This document shows positions 1 to 8,871 of a stretch of 64,000 nt of DNA, piece after piece (position 1 is the first letter of the stretch; each line of letters begins with the position of its first letter). The notes under the pieces are model-generated. The model worked only from the letters and a program-made list of their open reading frames with translations. It had not been told where the DNA came from and did not search any database. The position numbers and the translations under genes were made by a program. Location of the stretch: the IMG/VR virus record IMGVR_UViG_3300034082_004296, positions 1 to 64,000 of that record; one strand, given 5' to 3'. Source of the DNA: a virus.

Positions 1-2
1 CG

Positions 3-287
3 TTAGCAGCCATTAAATGACCGCCACAATTCGACAAACTCTTCCCTTTTCATTTGTCTTAATTCTCTATTGTCGGCATATTTTCTTTCGTGGTAAATTT
101 CAATTTCGCTCCCACCAGTGAAGTAAACGGAATATCTTAACCAAGAGCTATCGCCACCAACTTTACCAACTCTTTCAATTTTTCGTAAATCAATCGTATC
201 GCCTCCAATATCAACCAAAGGATTAACGGCTGCTAACACATTATTTGCGTCAGTGGGGGTTTCGTGCTTTTTAGAATCTGTCTGCAT
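3..287 (-). CDS. hypothetical protein in attC-bounded cassette
   Basis: 94-aa ORF; starts inside attC-like site and its TAA stop lies in GGCTGCTAAC at the window edge. Confidence 0.6.
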   Translation of the reverse strand: MQTDSKKHETPTDANNVLAAVNPLVDIGGDTIDLRKIERVGKVGGDSSWLRYSVYFTGGSEIEIYHERKYADNRELRQMKREEFVELWRSFNGC

Positions 288-365
288 ATTTTAAAGTTTT
301 GTGCTGTTAATAATCTTTAGTGGTGTAATGCCCCACCGAACGCAAATAATCGGAACGTTATAAGT
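229..365 (-). mobile_element. attC-like recombination site (long, ~133 bp)
   Basis: minus strand TTATAAC ... GTTAGCA ends; inner inverted repeat attatttgcgtcagtgggg (240-258) / ccccaccgaacgcaaataat (331-350) with an extra base. Confidence 0.65.
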
Positions 366-373
366 AATAAAAA

Positions 374-592
374 TTAAATACCAAGTGTATCTTTTAAATG
401 TTCATTTCCACCAGAAAGTAAATCATTTTTAATCACATAACATAATTGATATTTATGAATTCTACCTATATAATTTCCAGTCAAGCGATTTGAAAACACC
501 AAGAATTCATCACCCTGTGACCAAGGTTCATCATAAATATCAATTTCAAAATTATGATATATTACCTTACAAACATTTAAAAGATTTTCCAT
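374..592 (-). CDS. hypothetical protein in attC-bounded cassette
   Basis: 72-aa AT-rich ORF flanked by a ~24-bp inverted repeat (357-380 / 600-624). Confidence 0.55.
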   Translation of the reverse strand: MENLLNVCKVIYHNFEIDIYDEPWSQGDEFLVFSNRLTGNYIGRIHKYQLCYVIKNDLLSGGNEHLKDTLGI

Positions 593-615
593 ATTTTTTT
601 ATTTAATTTTTACAT

Positions 616-671
616 ACTTATAACAACAAATAAATCACATTAACACAATGGTTTACTTGCAACTGTTACAT
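616..671 (-). mobile_element. attC-like recombination site (short, ~55 bp)
   Basis: minus strand ATGTAAC-AGTTG-CAAGTAAA-C-CATT-gtgtt-AATG-TGA-TTTATTTG-TT-GTTATAA imperfect hairpin overlapping the 3' end of the HAD gene. Confidence 0.5.
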
Positions 672-1036
672 GTTTTTTTCCACTCAAAGTGATCAACGTT
701 CACTGGCCTACAAGGATCCTGCCCTTCAGATATCTTCATGAGTTCATCAACGTCATCATCAAGATGAAAGGCAAATCCTTGACTCTTTATCCAATGGATC
801 TTAGCAGCACCATTTGTAAACACGATCCTTTCCTTAGGGATACCGCACTCTTCTGCGACGCTAAACACTGTCAGATTCTGTTGCTCTATCCAGGGCCAAC
901 CCTTTTCCATACCGGCTTCCGCAGAGTATCTAGAGGTGATTATCCAGACTTCATGGCCAGATTCAACTAGGGACTTTGAATATTCCTGCACGTCGATGCG
1001 ATTTAGCGTACCATCAAAATCAAATGATACTTTCAT
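653..1036 (-). CDS. HAD-superfamily hydrolase
   Basis: DFDGT motif I, ITSR motif II, HLDDD motif IV. Confidence 0.8.
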   Translation of the reverse strand: MKVSFDFDGTLNRIDVQEYSKSLVESGHEVWIITSRYSAEAGMEKGWPWIEQQNLTVFSVAEECGIPKERIVFTNGAAKIHWIKSQGFAFHLDDDVDELMKISEGQDPCRPVNVDHFEWKKTCNSCK

Positions 1037-1405
1037 CTATTTTTTAGTTAGGTCTTCGTGAGAATAGTATGTGCTTTCTATCTGGCCGAGCTCGTAGTTA
1101 CCAGTTGGCTCCACTCGAACAACGTAAGCTTCCACTCTAGGTTTCTTGTCGTATTCAAATCGAGCATCCATTTCTCGCAAGACACGTATCTCCTGCCCAA
1201 TGGCTTCAGCAAGTTCCTTTAGCTTATCTAGACTTAAGGTAAGGTCAATATCACCATACCAGATCTTGGTAGGAGTCGGTTCCATCACAATAAGATTAGA
1301 GTTAAACACGGCTAGGTTCTTGGGATTACGATTACAGTATCCAGACTTAGAACCGGAAATCATTATACCAGCGAAACCAAGTAATTCAATAGCTTTTTCT
1401 TCCAT
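1037..1405 (-). CDS. hypothetical protein
   Basis: 122-aa ORF, promoter at 1420-1448 upstream. Confidence 0.7.
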   Translation of the reverse strand: MEEKAIELLGFAGIMISGSKSGYCNRNPKNLAVFNSNLIVMEPTPTKIWYGDIDLTLSLDKLKELAEAIGQEIRVLREMDARFEYDKKPRVEAYVVRVEPTGNYELGQIESTYYSHEDLTKK

Positions 1406-1419
1406 TTTATCTTTTTGAT

Positions 1420-1448
1420 ATTATACTAAGAAAAATGTAAAAGTTAAA
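1420..1448 (-). promoter_or_regulatory. putative early/middle promoter
   Basis: TTTAAC-N17-TATAAT on minus strand; similar motif recurs about 10 times. Confidence 0.55.
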
Positions 1449-1570
1449 ACTTTGCGACCTGTTTGAGTTAAATATAATTAGAGCCTGACACTCTAGTCGG
1501 CGTCGAGTTTATAACTCTTGAGCGGTGCATGCCGCAAAGGCGTCTGCTTAATAAAAATAACAGGTAAACT

Positions 1571-2332
1571 ATGTACTTTACACACACAGCGGGCACAATT
1601 AGCCCAACTGCAAACATTGCAGTAAACAGAAATCGCCTAAAACACTACGGCGAAACAGTCTATCTAAAGAGCGGAACTCATTTTGAGATCGAACTCTTTA
1701 ATCCCAAAACAACAAAGGTCCTTGCTAAGATCTACCTCGATGGAGTCTCAATCTCCGAATCAGGAATAGTGATCAAGCCAGGACAGAGAGTCTTCCTAGA
1801 GAGATGGATTGACGAACCTAAAAAGTTCTTATTTGAGACCTATGAAGTCGATAAACAATTTAGACTAGTCGCGGAAGCAATTAAACACAATGGCAGAGTA
1901 CGAGTCGAATTTTACGATCAAGTGATCTTATCCCCATCTAACATGGCGATTTTCCCAAGTACCTCAACGTGGACGTATGATCCTACGAGTCAGCCAGTTT
2001 ATGGTGGAACAACTCAAAACCAGATCTATTTCACGTCTTCTTTTGCTGGATCAAACGATGTGATCGGAACCCGCACATTGGGTAATTCAGAGCTAACCAT
2101 GAACTTCATGGAGACGGGTCGTGCAGAAAAAGGAGAAGCATCAGATCAAGCATTCACAAGTGATAATTCTTCTTACAATTCGTGGACATGTAATACGATT
2201 CATCTACAGATCCTACCTGAATCTCAAAAACCGGTAGAAGTGAAAGAGATTAGAAACTATTGCACAAATTGTGGAACTCGCCACAAAAAATCGAGTTGGA
2301 AATTCTGCCCTAATTGCGGAACAAAAATCTAA
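1571..2332 (+). CDS. hypothetical protein with C-terminal zinc ribbon
   Basis: C-terminal CTNCG...CPNCG; beta-rich N-terminal domain. Confidence 0.75.
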   Translation: MYFTHTAGTISPTANIAVNRNRLKHYGETVYLKSGTHFEIELFNPKTTKVLAKIYLDGVSISESGIVIKPGQRVFLERWIDEPKKFLFETYEVDKQFRLVAEAIKHNGRVRVEFYDQVILSPSNMAIFPSTSTWTYDPTSQPVYGGTTQNQIYFTSSFAGSNDVIGTRTLGNSELTMNFMETGRAEKGEASDQAFTSDNSSYNSWTCNTIHLQILPESQKPVEVKEIRNYCTNCGTRHKKSSWKFCPNCGTKI

Positions 2333-2353
2333 ATTTAAAGTCAGGCTCTAATG

Positions 2354-2380
2354 AAGGATCTTGAAAGGGATCCTTTTTTT
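2354..2380 (+). terminator. intrinsic terminator
   Basis: aaggatc-ttgaaagg-gatcctt followed by T-run. Confidence 0.75.
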
Positions 2381-2389
2381 GTTTTATAA

Positions 2390-2397
2390 GATAAATA
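2390..2397 (+). promoter_or_regulatory. T4-type late promoter
   Basis: GATAAATA just upstream of ATG 2415; motif recurs before >25 genes. Confidence 0.65.
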
Positions 2398-2414
2398 ATA
2401 AAAAAATTATTATA

Positions 2415-2741
2415 ATGTCAACATTTAATACTATTCACCTTTTTGGATTCGGTGATGCTCAAATCATCGGAAAAGAAAACAATGGTACTGTCGCATCAGA
2501 GGCTCTAACTAACCTTACTGCGTTTGTAGATCACATCAAGACATTTAAACCAGATGAAGTCACTCTTACTGATTATCATGTTATTCATATATTTAACGAA
2601 ACAGACGTTCGTTATTTGGGTAAAGGCACTGAAGTTAAAACAGATAAGACTAATTTTACTGTAAAAATTTCAGAAGTTGACCCTACTATTTTGGGTAACT
2701 TAGTTGATGAACTAGCGGCGGCCGTTATACCTAATACTTAA
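2415..2741 (+). CDS. hypothetical late protein
   Basis: start moved to ATG 2415 (MSTFNT) because the 2361 start overlaps a terminator and late promoter. Confidence 0.65.
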   Translation: MSTFNTIHLFGFGDAQIIGKENNGTVASEALTNLTAFVDHIKTFKPDEVTLTDYHVIHIFNETDVRYLGKGTEVKTDKTNFTVKISEVDPTILGNLVDELAAAVIPNT

Positions 2742-2776
2742 AAATAAACCAAAAATATGTCATTTATCAATTGGGG
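2739..2776 (+). repeat. 38-bp direct repeat, copy 1 (copy 2 at 3330-3367)
   Basis: taaaaataaaccaaaaatatgtcatttatcaattgggg identical in both copies; covers start region and MSFINWG codons. Confidence 0.9.
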
Positions 2777-3329
2777 ACATGAAAGTCCCGAGCAACGTAA
2801 AGCTCGTCAAGAGTGGGAAGATCAAATAATGTTTGAACAGATGTCCTACAGTGCCGCAGTTGTTGCTGCAGCTGCCACTGGTTCAGGTGGACTAAAAAAA
2901 CCTAGTGAATTTGTAGGAGAGGTCGACTGGTTAGTCGTTGCATCAACTGTGTTTACTCCTCCTGGAACCGACAACTATGAGGACTTCGACAACTGGGTCA
3001 CTGACACTTTTACACCTCTACTTGGTGTAAAGAGACTTGTGATAGTTGCTGATTCTGCGAATGCTCACACTCACGAAGAGCCATTTACCGATCTTACGAT
3101 CCAATTATTTAATAGTGTGACCTCTACCTGGACAACAGTATGGTCTTATAACCTCGTAAATCAAAACTATCCAGGCGGTGAAGGCGATGACTACTTTTTT
3201 AATGGTATCGACGTTACCTTTCCAGAGGTTGCATCGGTGACCAAGATCCGACTTACCTCTGATCCTGGCATAGGTCAGACATATCACGATTGGGGTCAGG
3301 ACTCTACACTGTTTAAATTCTATAAATAA
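2757..3329 (+). CDS. MSFINWG-leader family protein 1
   Basis: shared ~45-aa N-terminus ending in poly-Ala/GSGG; beta-rich unique body. Confidence 0.8.
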   Translation: MSFINWGHESPEQRKARQEWEDQIMFEQMSYSAAVVAAAATGSGGLKKPSEFVGEVDWLVVASTVFTPPGTDNYEDFDNWVTDTFTPLLGVKRLVIVADSANAHTHEEPFTDLTIQLFNSVTSTWTTVWSYNLVNQNYPGGEGDDYFFNGIDVTFPEVASVTKIRLTSDPGIGQTYHDWGQDSTLFKFYK

Positions 3330-3347
3330 TAAAAATAAACCAAAAAT

Positions 3348-4256
3348 ATGTCATTTATCAATTGGGGTAGTGAGAGCCCAGAACAATTAAAAGCTCGTCG
3401 AGAGATGGAAGAACGTATGATGTTTGAACAGATGTCATATAGTGCAGCAATAGCTGCGGCAGCCTCCGCTGGCGGAAGCCTAGATCCTTTACGAGGTTTA
3501 TTTGGAGTAGGAGCAGACGGTCTTATCTATAACCTAGGTAGAGGTGAGGCAAATTGGCCGTTTGATTCTGAGTCATTTCCTAGCTCGACAGTAATCACTC
3601 TAAACACGGATGATGATTGCTTATATGCGGCAGTCGATTTCGATGGGGAAGTATTTTTTATAAAGATCGACAAGACGACTAGGAAATGTTTGTTTTTTGA
3701 AAATGACATCAGCGATTATGTAACAAAGGGATCAAGCTCTCTGTATTATGAAGGTGATGGACGTTTTATCTACTTAGATAACTTTATCAAGAAGAGCGAT
3801 GTTTCTAGTATTATTCGAGTGACGCTAACCGAGTCGACAGCTGACGCTACTGAGGTTTCCGAAGTAGACTCGGTTGAAAAAGGATACTTGCTTAGAAACC
3901 TCTTCATATATGATGGAACTCCTTGGGCGATCGCGTACTCTGGACCAACCGTAATAATCGGGCCATTCGATATTGATGAGGGTGACTTTGTTTATTCTAA
4001 CCTTCTTCTTCCTTCTCCTAGCGATACTAGAGTGGAGGAAATACTTGCAGTATTCAGCACAGTCGAATATAATGGCACAGTATACTCAGCGATTGTTTTT
4101 GCAGATTCTGAACTGAGCGGTGATCCAAATATTGGACTCTTTAAAGTTGATACTGAGACTGGTGGTGCACTTGCTCCATACTATGTCTCATTCATCAAGG
4201 ATCTAAACCTTGCAGGTCATGGAGAAGTGCCAGTATTATCAATATTTAGTTACTAA
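3348..4256 (+). CDS. MSFINWG-leader family protein 2
   Basis: same leader; acidic beta-rich body, possibly propeller-like; TATAAATA at 3321-3328. Confidence 0.8.
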   Translation: MSFINWGSESPEQLKARREMEERMMFEQMSYSAAIAAAASAGGSLDPLRGLFGVGADGLIYNLGRGEANWPFDSESFPSSTVITLNTDDDCLYAAVDFDGEVFFIKIDKTTRKCLFFENDISDYVTKGSSSLYYEGDGRFIYLDNFIKKSDVSSIIRVTLTESTADATEVSEVDSVEKGYLLRNLFIYDGTPWAIAYSGPTVIIGPFDIDEGDFVYSNLLLPSPSDTRVEEILAVFSTVEYNGTVYSAIVFADSELSGDPNIGLFKVDTETGGALAPYYVSFIKDLNLAGHGEVPVLSIFSY

Positions 4257-4271
4257 AAAAATATAAAGTAT

Positions 4272-4601
4272 ATGAGACTATGCATACTATGTGAAAACGA
4301 AAATGTTGTTGATGCTAGACAAAGAGCAGCGATTGCCTTGCCTAAACATGAAGCCTTAATTGAAGCCATTGAATTAAAGAAGAAATTTAATCCTGATTTT
4401 TCAATAGATCACTTGACTATTCCTTTGTCTGAAACTGGTGAGCTTCCAGCAACACACTGGTTCTGCTTTATTAAGACTGATGAAGAGACTTATCAGAGGA
4501 TGCTTGCATCACAGATGTATACCATCATTGAAGAAGCAGTGCCTTCTGAATTTTTAGAAAAACATGGCCTAAAGAAGATAAAAAGTTTCGGGCCTAAATA
4601 G
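4272..4601 (+). CDS. hypothetical protein
   Basis: 109-aa ORF in operon. Confidence 0.65.
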   Translation: MRLCILCENENVVDARQRAAIALPKHEALIEAIELKKKFNPDFSIDHLTIPLSETGELPATHWFCFIKTDEETYQRMLASQMYTIIEEAVPSEFLEKHGLKKIKSFGPK

Positions 4602-4614
4602 GATACATTTAGAG

Positions 4615-5244
4615 ATGGAATCTTCTAATCATAAAGTAGTAAGGGGTTTCTTATCCCAATCAGAGAGAACACAAATACTTGATTTTGTGAATGAGATTAA
4701 CGCTCAAGTACTTCTTAACGATCATCATTTAAAATATTTAATTGGGAAGATTAATGGAAACTCTTACATGTACGATATATCTAGGACTGACCTTACTGGA
4801 AAGATAACTAGGTACCAATCTGGCGGAACGGTTATGGATCAGAAGCTTCCGGTGATTTTTGATAACTTAATCGATCGAATAGGTCAAACTATTAATATTC
4901 CGAAGGATCACTGTTTTTTACAGATTGTTGATATGGATAAGGGAGGAGTGATCGATAGACACTACGATACGGCTACTCAAGGTTTTATAAACTATAAGTG
5001 TAACGTGAGCGTGCTCTCAGAAAACTATGATTTTTGTGTAGACGGGGAGACAGTCAATGTCAATGAGGGAGACCTGTATTGTTTTGAGGCATCCTTATAT
5101 AAGCACTGGACTCCAAACCCGTTCCATTCAAGAAGAATACTTCTTAGCTTTGGTTTCATGATACCTTACGATAAACTCGGCAGAAAAGAGGACGATCCAA
5201 GAATCCGATTAAGTAATAGGATCGAAAGATACTTTCAGAGATAA
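4615..5244 (+). CDS. 2OG-Fe(II) oxygenase-like protein
   Basis: HYD...H...R pattern (RHYD, YKHW, SRRILLSF) of a DSBH dioxygenase. Confidence 0.65.
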   Translation: MESSNHKVVRGFLSQSERTQILDFVNEINAQVLLNDHHLKYLIGKINGNSYMYDISRTDLTGKITRYQSGGTVMDQKLPVIFDNLIDRIGQTINIPKDHCFLQIVDMDKGGVIDRHYDTATQGFINYKCNVSVLSENYDFCVDGETVNVNEGDLYCFEASLYKHWTPNPFHSRRILLSFGFMIPYDKLGRKEDDPRIRLSNRIERYFQR

Positions 5245-5266
5245 ATAACTTAAATCGATACCCATT

Positions 5267-6226
5267 ATGAGTAAAATTAGAATATTATCACTGGACGGAG
5301 GTGGACTCAGAGGAATCATACCGTTACTGATCCTAAAAGAGATCGAGAGAAACGAGGGTCGCCGAATCCATGAACTATTTGACGTGATTACTGGAACCTC
5401 GACTGGAGGAATAATTGCATGTGGTCTAACTTATACAAAAGACGGCAAGACACCGAGTTTGACGTTGGACCAACTAATCGAACTATATACGACTAGAGGC
5501 CATGAGATATTTCCATACAAGACTAATATTTTTTCAAAGGCGATCAGTGGAATCAATTCAATCTTTAATCCTAAGTTTTCTCCGACTGGACTAGACCGAC
5601 TTCTTGGTCAATACTTTGGTGAATCAACTCTTAGGGACACGTTAAAGCCAACTATCGTCACTTCATACGATATCAAGAATAACGAAGTTGTAATGTTCAA
5701 GAGCAGATTATCAAATGTGTCTAATGAATATAATGCTAGACTTAAGGATGTATGCAGAGGAACATCCGCTGCTCCGACATACTTGCCTTCTTATGAGATG
5801 AACTTTAAAGGTAAAGACCGACTCTTAGTTGACGGTGGAGTGTATATCAATAATCCAGCAATGGCAGCAGTCGCTGACGTATTGAAGAGCCGACCTGAAG
5901 TAGAGGTAAAGGATATCGAATGTCTTTCATTGGGCACCGGCATCTATGCCAAGAGTTTAGGCATAAAGACGACTGGTTGGGGAATGGCTGACTGGGTAAA
6001 ACCTATCACAACCCTAATGATGCAGGCATCAGCAAAGGTAGTTTCATATGAGTGTGATGAGATCTTATCAAATCACTTGAGATTACAGGTGAGTATTGAT
6101 GATGAAAAGAAGAGTGATATGGCAGATGCTCGACCAGAAACGACTAAATACTTAGTTGAACGTGTAAATTCTGAGATCATCAGTAACGATGAGACTATGG
6201 AGAAAATAAAAAACTTTTTTAATTAA
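5267..6226 (+). CDS. patatin-like phospholipase
   Basis: DGGGLRG, GTSTG nucleophile elbow, SAAPTY, DGG; late promoter GATAAATA 5240-5247. Confidence 0.9.
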   Translation: MSKIRILSLDGGGLRGIIPLLILKEIERNEGRRIHELFDVITGTSTGGIIACGLTYTKDGKTPSLTLDQLIELYTTRGHEIFPYKTNIFSKAISGINSIFNPKFSPTGLDRLLGQYFGESTLRDTLKPTIVTSYDIKNNEVVMFKSRLSNVSNEYNARLKDVCRGTSAAPTYLPSYEMNFKGKDRLLVDGGVYINNPAMAAVADVLKSRPEVEVKDIECLSLGTGIYAKSLGIKTTGWGMADWVKPITTLMMQASAKVVSYECDEILSNHLRLQVSIDDEKKSDMADARPETTKYLVERVNSEIISNDETMEKIKNFFN

Positions 6227-6561
6227 TGAAGACATACGTACAATTATTTGAGAGCTGGCACCGAGAGGAGGAGATTATTCTTACTTCTAGACAGGGACGA
6301 GAGATCGAAATTAAGGTCAAGCACGGTAAGATCGAGGAGATTGAAAATAGAAGCGGTGTGATCTTTCCATTCGTCACAGGCCAACCTCTTCAGATTCCAT
6401 TCATAAAGGGATGGGCATGTCGTAATGGCTTTAAATGGAACGGTGAAGACGCGTGTCAACCAGGCATGAAGCCTGAGAAAAAGATGTTTGGGATAAGACA
6501 TCGAGACATTCCTCAAGGTCACGAGTGGAGACGAATGTTTCCTGGAAAGTTTAGAGACTAG
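6226..6561 (+). CDS. hypothetical protein with capsid-targeting-like leader
   Basis: MKTYVQLFE N-terminus; coupled to patatin stop. Confidence 0.65.
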   Translation: MKTYVQLFESWHREEEIILTSRQGREIEIKVKHGKIEEIENRSGVIFPFVTGQPLQIPFIKGWACRNGFKWNGEDACQPGMKPEKKMFGIRHRDIPQGHEWRRMFPGKFRD

Positions 6562-6944
6562 AGAATTCCCGACTCTTCCATCAATTTCCTACACCCTTCC
6601 CAATCTACAAAAGGTCGATCTGATAATTCAGGATCCACTTTTAATGGGATTCCCAAGCAGATATCATCAATGATCAGTTGGCCATATGCTTTAGGCGAGG
6701 TTGTCCATGCTCTTTGTGTAGGATTCTCTTGGATTCCATACAAAGGGATATCGTGTTTCTCAAACCATTTTACGGCATCTTTTAAATAGTTGCCGCTTCG
6801 TGTATCGCTACGCATAGTAAAGAGAATTAGTCTATTTCCAGCCAAGACCAAGTCTCTTAATACTTCAGGTGCACCTATTTCCTTTCCAACATATGGAAAG
6901 TCATGGGTAGTACAGGTCCCATCAAAGTCTACTAATATGTCCAT
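6558..6944 (-). CDS. HAD-superfamily hydrolase
   Basis: VDFDGT, FTMR, IIDD motifs. Confidence 0.8.
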   Translation of the reverse strand: MDILVDFDGTCTTHDFPYVGKEIGAPEVLRDLVLAGNRLILFTMRSDTRSGNYLKDAVKWFEKHDIPLYGIQENPTQRAWTTSPKAYGQLIIDDICLGIPLKVDPELSDRPFVDWEGCRKLMEESGIL

Positions 6945-6954
6945 GTTTTAAAAT

Positions 6955-8367
6955 TTAAGCAAATTGTGCGAGTCCACTAAAGCTAGCATCCTTTGCTCCT
7001 TCTCGTTTTGCGTACTCGTCTGGAAATTTTTCTTGAGAAGGCAGATCTGCATATACTGGAACGAAGTACCTATGAAAATTAAGAATGCCTAAGGTCCATC
7101 CCTTTCCATAAGTAGAGGCATTTTTATAAGAAAGATAGAGCTTAATCTGTTCGTTTAACATGACTTCGACCACTGTCTTATCACCTATTTTCTGAATCGC
7201 ATCATTTAGCCCAGAGTATCCCATATCAGAGAGAGCGGATACAGTATTAGCAATCGTCTTTTCTCCATGTGTTATCGCTCCCCAAAAACCCGTTCCCATA
7301 CAGTGATTCACCATTGGGCTGATTGTTTCTCGTCCCTTGTCCTTGACCATTGGATTATAAAAAGTTAATTCATACACTCTTCTAGCATGCTCATCAGTCA
7401 TCTCAAAGAACCCTTTGGCTACCATTAGAGGATCAGTTATTCCCATTGCAGCAGCGGCAGTCTTCCAAGTAGGCCATATCACTCCTCTAGACGTATGCCA
7501 TCGATTGGAAGAACTTCCGCCATTGATCACACTAACACTATTTTGTAAATGAGGATTTATTTTTAACTGATGGACAGTTCCGTTATAATTTAATTTTCCG
7601 GTCTTTGCATCAAATTCATACGGACATGGATTGGCTGCTGGACCGGTATCTCGAGTATCATCAGCAAGGCCGCCTTCTTTGATGCTATTGAACTTATACA
7701 TGTCTTCTAATATGTTTCCAGTAAGAGCAAGATTATAATCAGTTGAACCTTTAGCTGACCATAATTTTTCATAATAAGGTCTTAATAGACCAGTATCAAT
7801 GTAAACCTTAAGTTCTGGTTTCTTTGCAGCAAGAGCAGCGTCTCTTTCAGATATTAATGCCTTATTAAAGTTCAAGTCAAGCACTTCAGGGCGATTTACC
7901 CAACTTTTAGCAAAAGTATTCATCAATTCCGCATTTGAGAAATCTAATTGATCTAATCCACATAACGTCTTAAGAGCAGTCTCAGTCTCTCCATTAAAAT
8001 AGCAGGTGACTCCGTCTCCTAATGGACCAGCATTAGACTTGAGAACTCCTAATTTCTTTAGGAAGACTTGTAGTTGAGTGTTGCCTTTAAGGTTTATAAC
8101 GTTCTTACCGAGAGTTTTACCACCGGCTGCCTCTTTAAGAATTGAAATTACTCGATTTGCTGTATTCAATTCATCCTGCTTCATTGCATTTTGAATAGTC
8201 TCTTGGCCTTTATCTCGTGCCCAGTTGGTGATTTGAGCCATATCCTTGTCGGCTTGAGTCATTTGATCAGTCGGTTTGGGTACAGCGGGCTGAACTGTCT
8301 CTACTCCAGGATCTGCATCTACTTCGTTCAATCTATTCCATTCATTGAATTTTAAAAGTCTTGACAT
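6955..8367 (-). CDS. putative GH108-like muramidase with capsid-targeting-like leader
   Basis: EGGLADDTRDTG...TSRGV resembles GH108 EGGYxxDxxDxG...TxxGI; C-terminal YGKGW; leader MSRLLKFNEWNRLNE; late promoter 8383-8390. Confidence 0.6.
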   Translation of the reverse strand: MSRLLKFNEWNRLNEVDADPGVETVQPAVPKPTDQMTQADKDMAQITNWARDKGQETIQNAMKQDELNTANRVISILKEAAGGKTLGKNVINLKGNTQLQVFLKKLGVLKSNAGPLGDGVTCYFNGETETALKTLCGLDQLDFSNAELMNTFAKSWVNRPEVLDLNFNKALISERDAALAAKKPELKVYIDTGLLRPYYEKLWSAKGSTDYNLALTGNILEDMYKFNSIKEGGLADDTRDTGPAANPCPYEFDAKTGKLNYNGTVHQLKINPHLQNSVSVINGGSSSNRWHTSRGVIWPTWKTAAAAMGITDPLMVAKGFFEMTDEHARRVYELTFYNPMVKDKGRETISPMVNHCMGTGFWGAITHGEKTIANTVSALSDMGYSGLNDAIQKIGDKTVVEVMLNEQIKLYLSYKNASTYGKGWTLGILNFHRYFVPVYADLPSQEKFPDEYAKREGAKDASFSGLAQFA

Positions 8368-8436
8368 AATATTTCTTTTTTTTATTTATTTTGGAGTTTT
8401 TGGTCAATCTGTAATAAATAACTAAAAGAAGATTAA

Positions 8437-8871
8437 GTGTTAAAACACGTGCTTGAAAGCGAGGAGTTTTTTAATCAAGAACTCAATTGGAAAGGGATCA
8501 AATTTGTAAGGCTAGAGTCTGAGGGAAACTTAATGAATCTGGGAGTCATCTTACCTGGAGAAAGTGTTCCTAATCCTGGAATAGTCCTAACCCTTCAGGT
8601 GATTCATGATTACTTGTACCAGCCACATATCGCACTGGATGAAGATCTTCGAGGTAAAGACTTGGCAGTCAAGATATATCGTGCACTGGTCGATAGGTTA
8701 GGCCATCTCTATTCAGGAAAGGGTCGTCGTCAGAATCCAATGGTGGACAGAGTATGGGCAAAACTAAAGATGGACCCTACTGTAGATTGTGCAAGTAGCT
8801 CAATTGGAGATGCATGCTGGACACTAGACAATCCTGATGGAGAGGATATCCGAGCATTTATCGAAGGTTAA
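8437..8871 (+). CDS. GNAT-like acetyltransferase
   Basis: IALDEDLRGKDLAVKIY acetyl-CoA motif A-like, NPMVDRVWAKL; late promoter 8413-8420. Confidence 0.55.
   Translation: MLKHVLESEEFFNQELNWKGIKFVRLESEGNLMNLGVILPGESVPNPGIVLTLQVIHDYLYQPHIALDEDLRGKDLAVKIYRALVDRLGHLYSGKGRRQNPMVDRVWAKLKMDPTVDCASSSIGDACWTLDNPDGEDIRAFIEG

Noticed and set aside
2757-4256. Diversity-generating retroelement behind the repeated gene starts
   Set aside because: Repeats are at 5' ends and identical, with no adenine-specific variable/template pair or reverse transcriptase in the window
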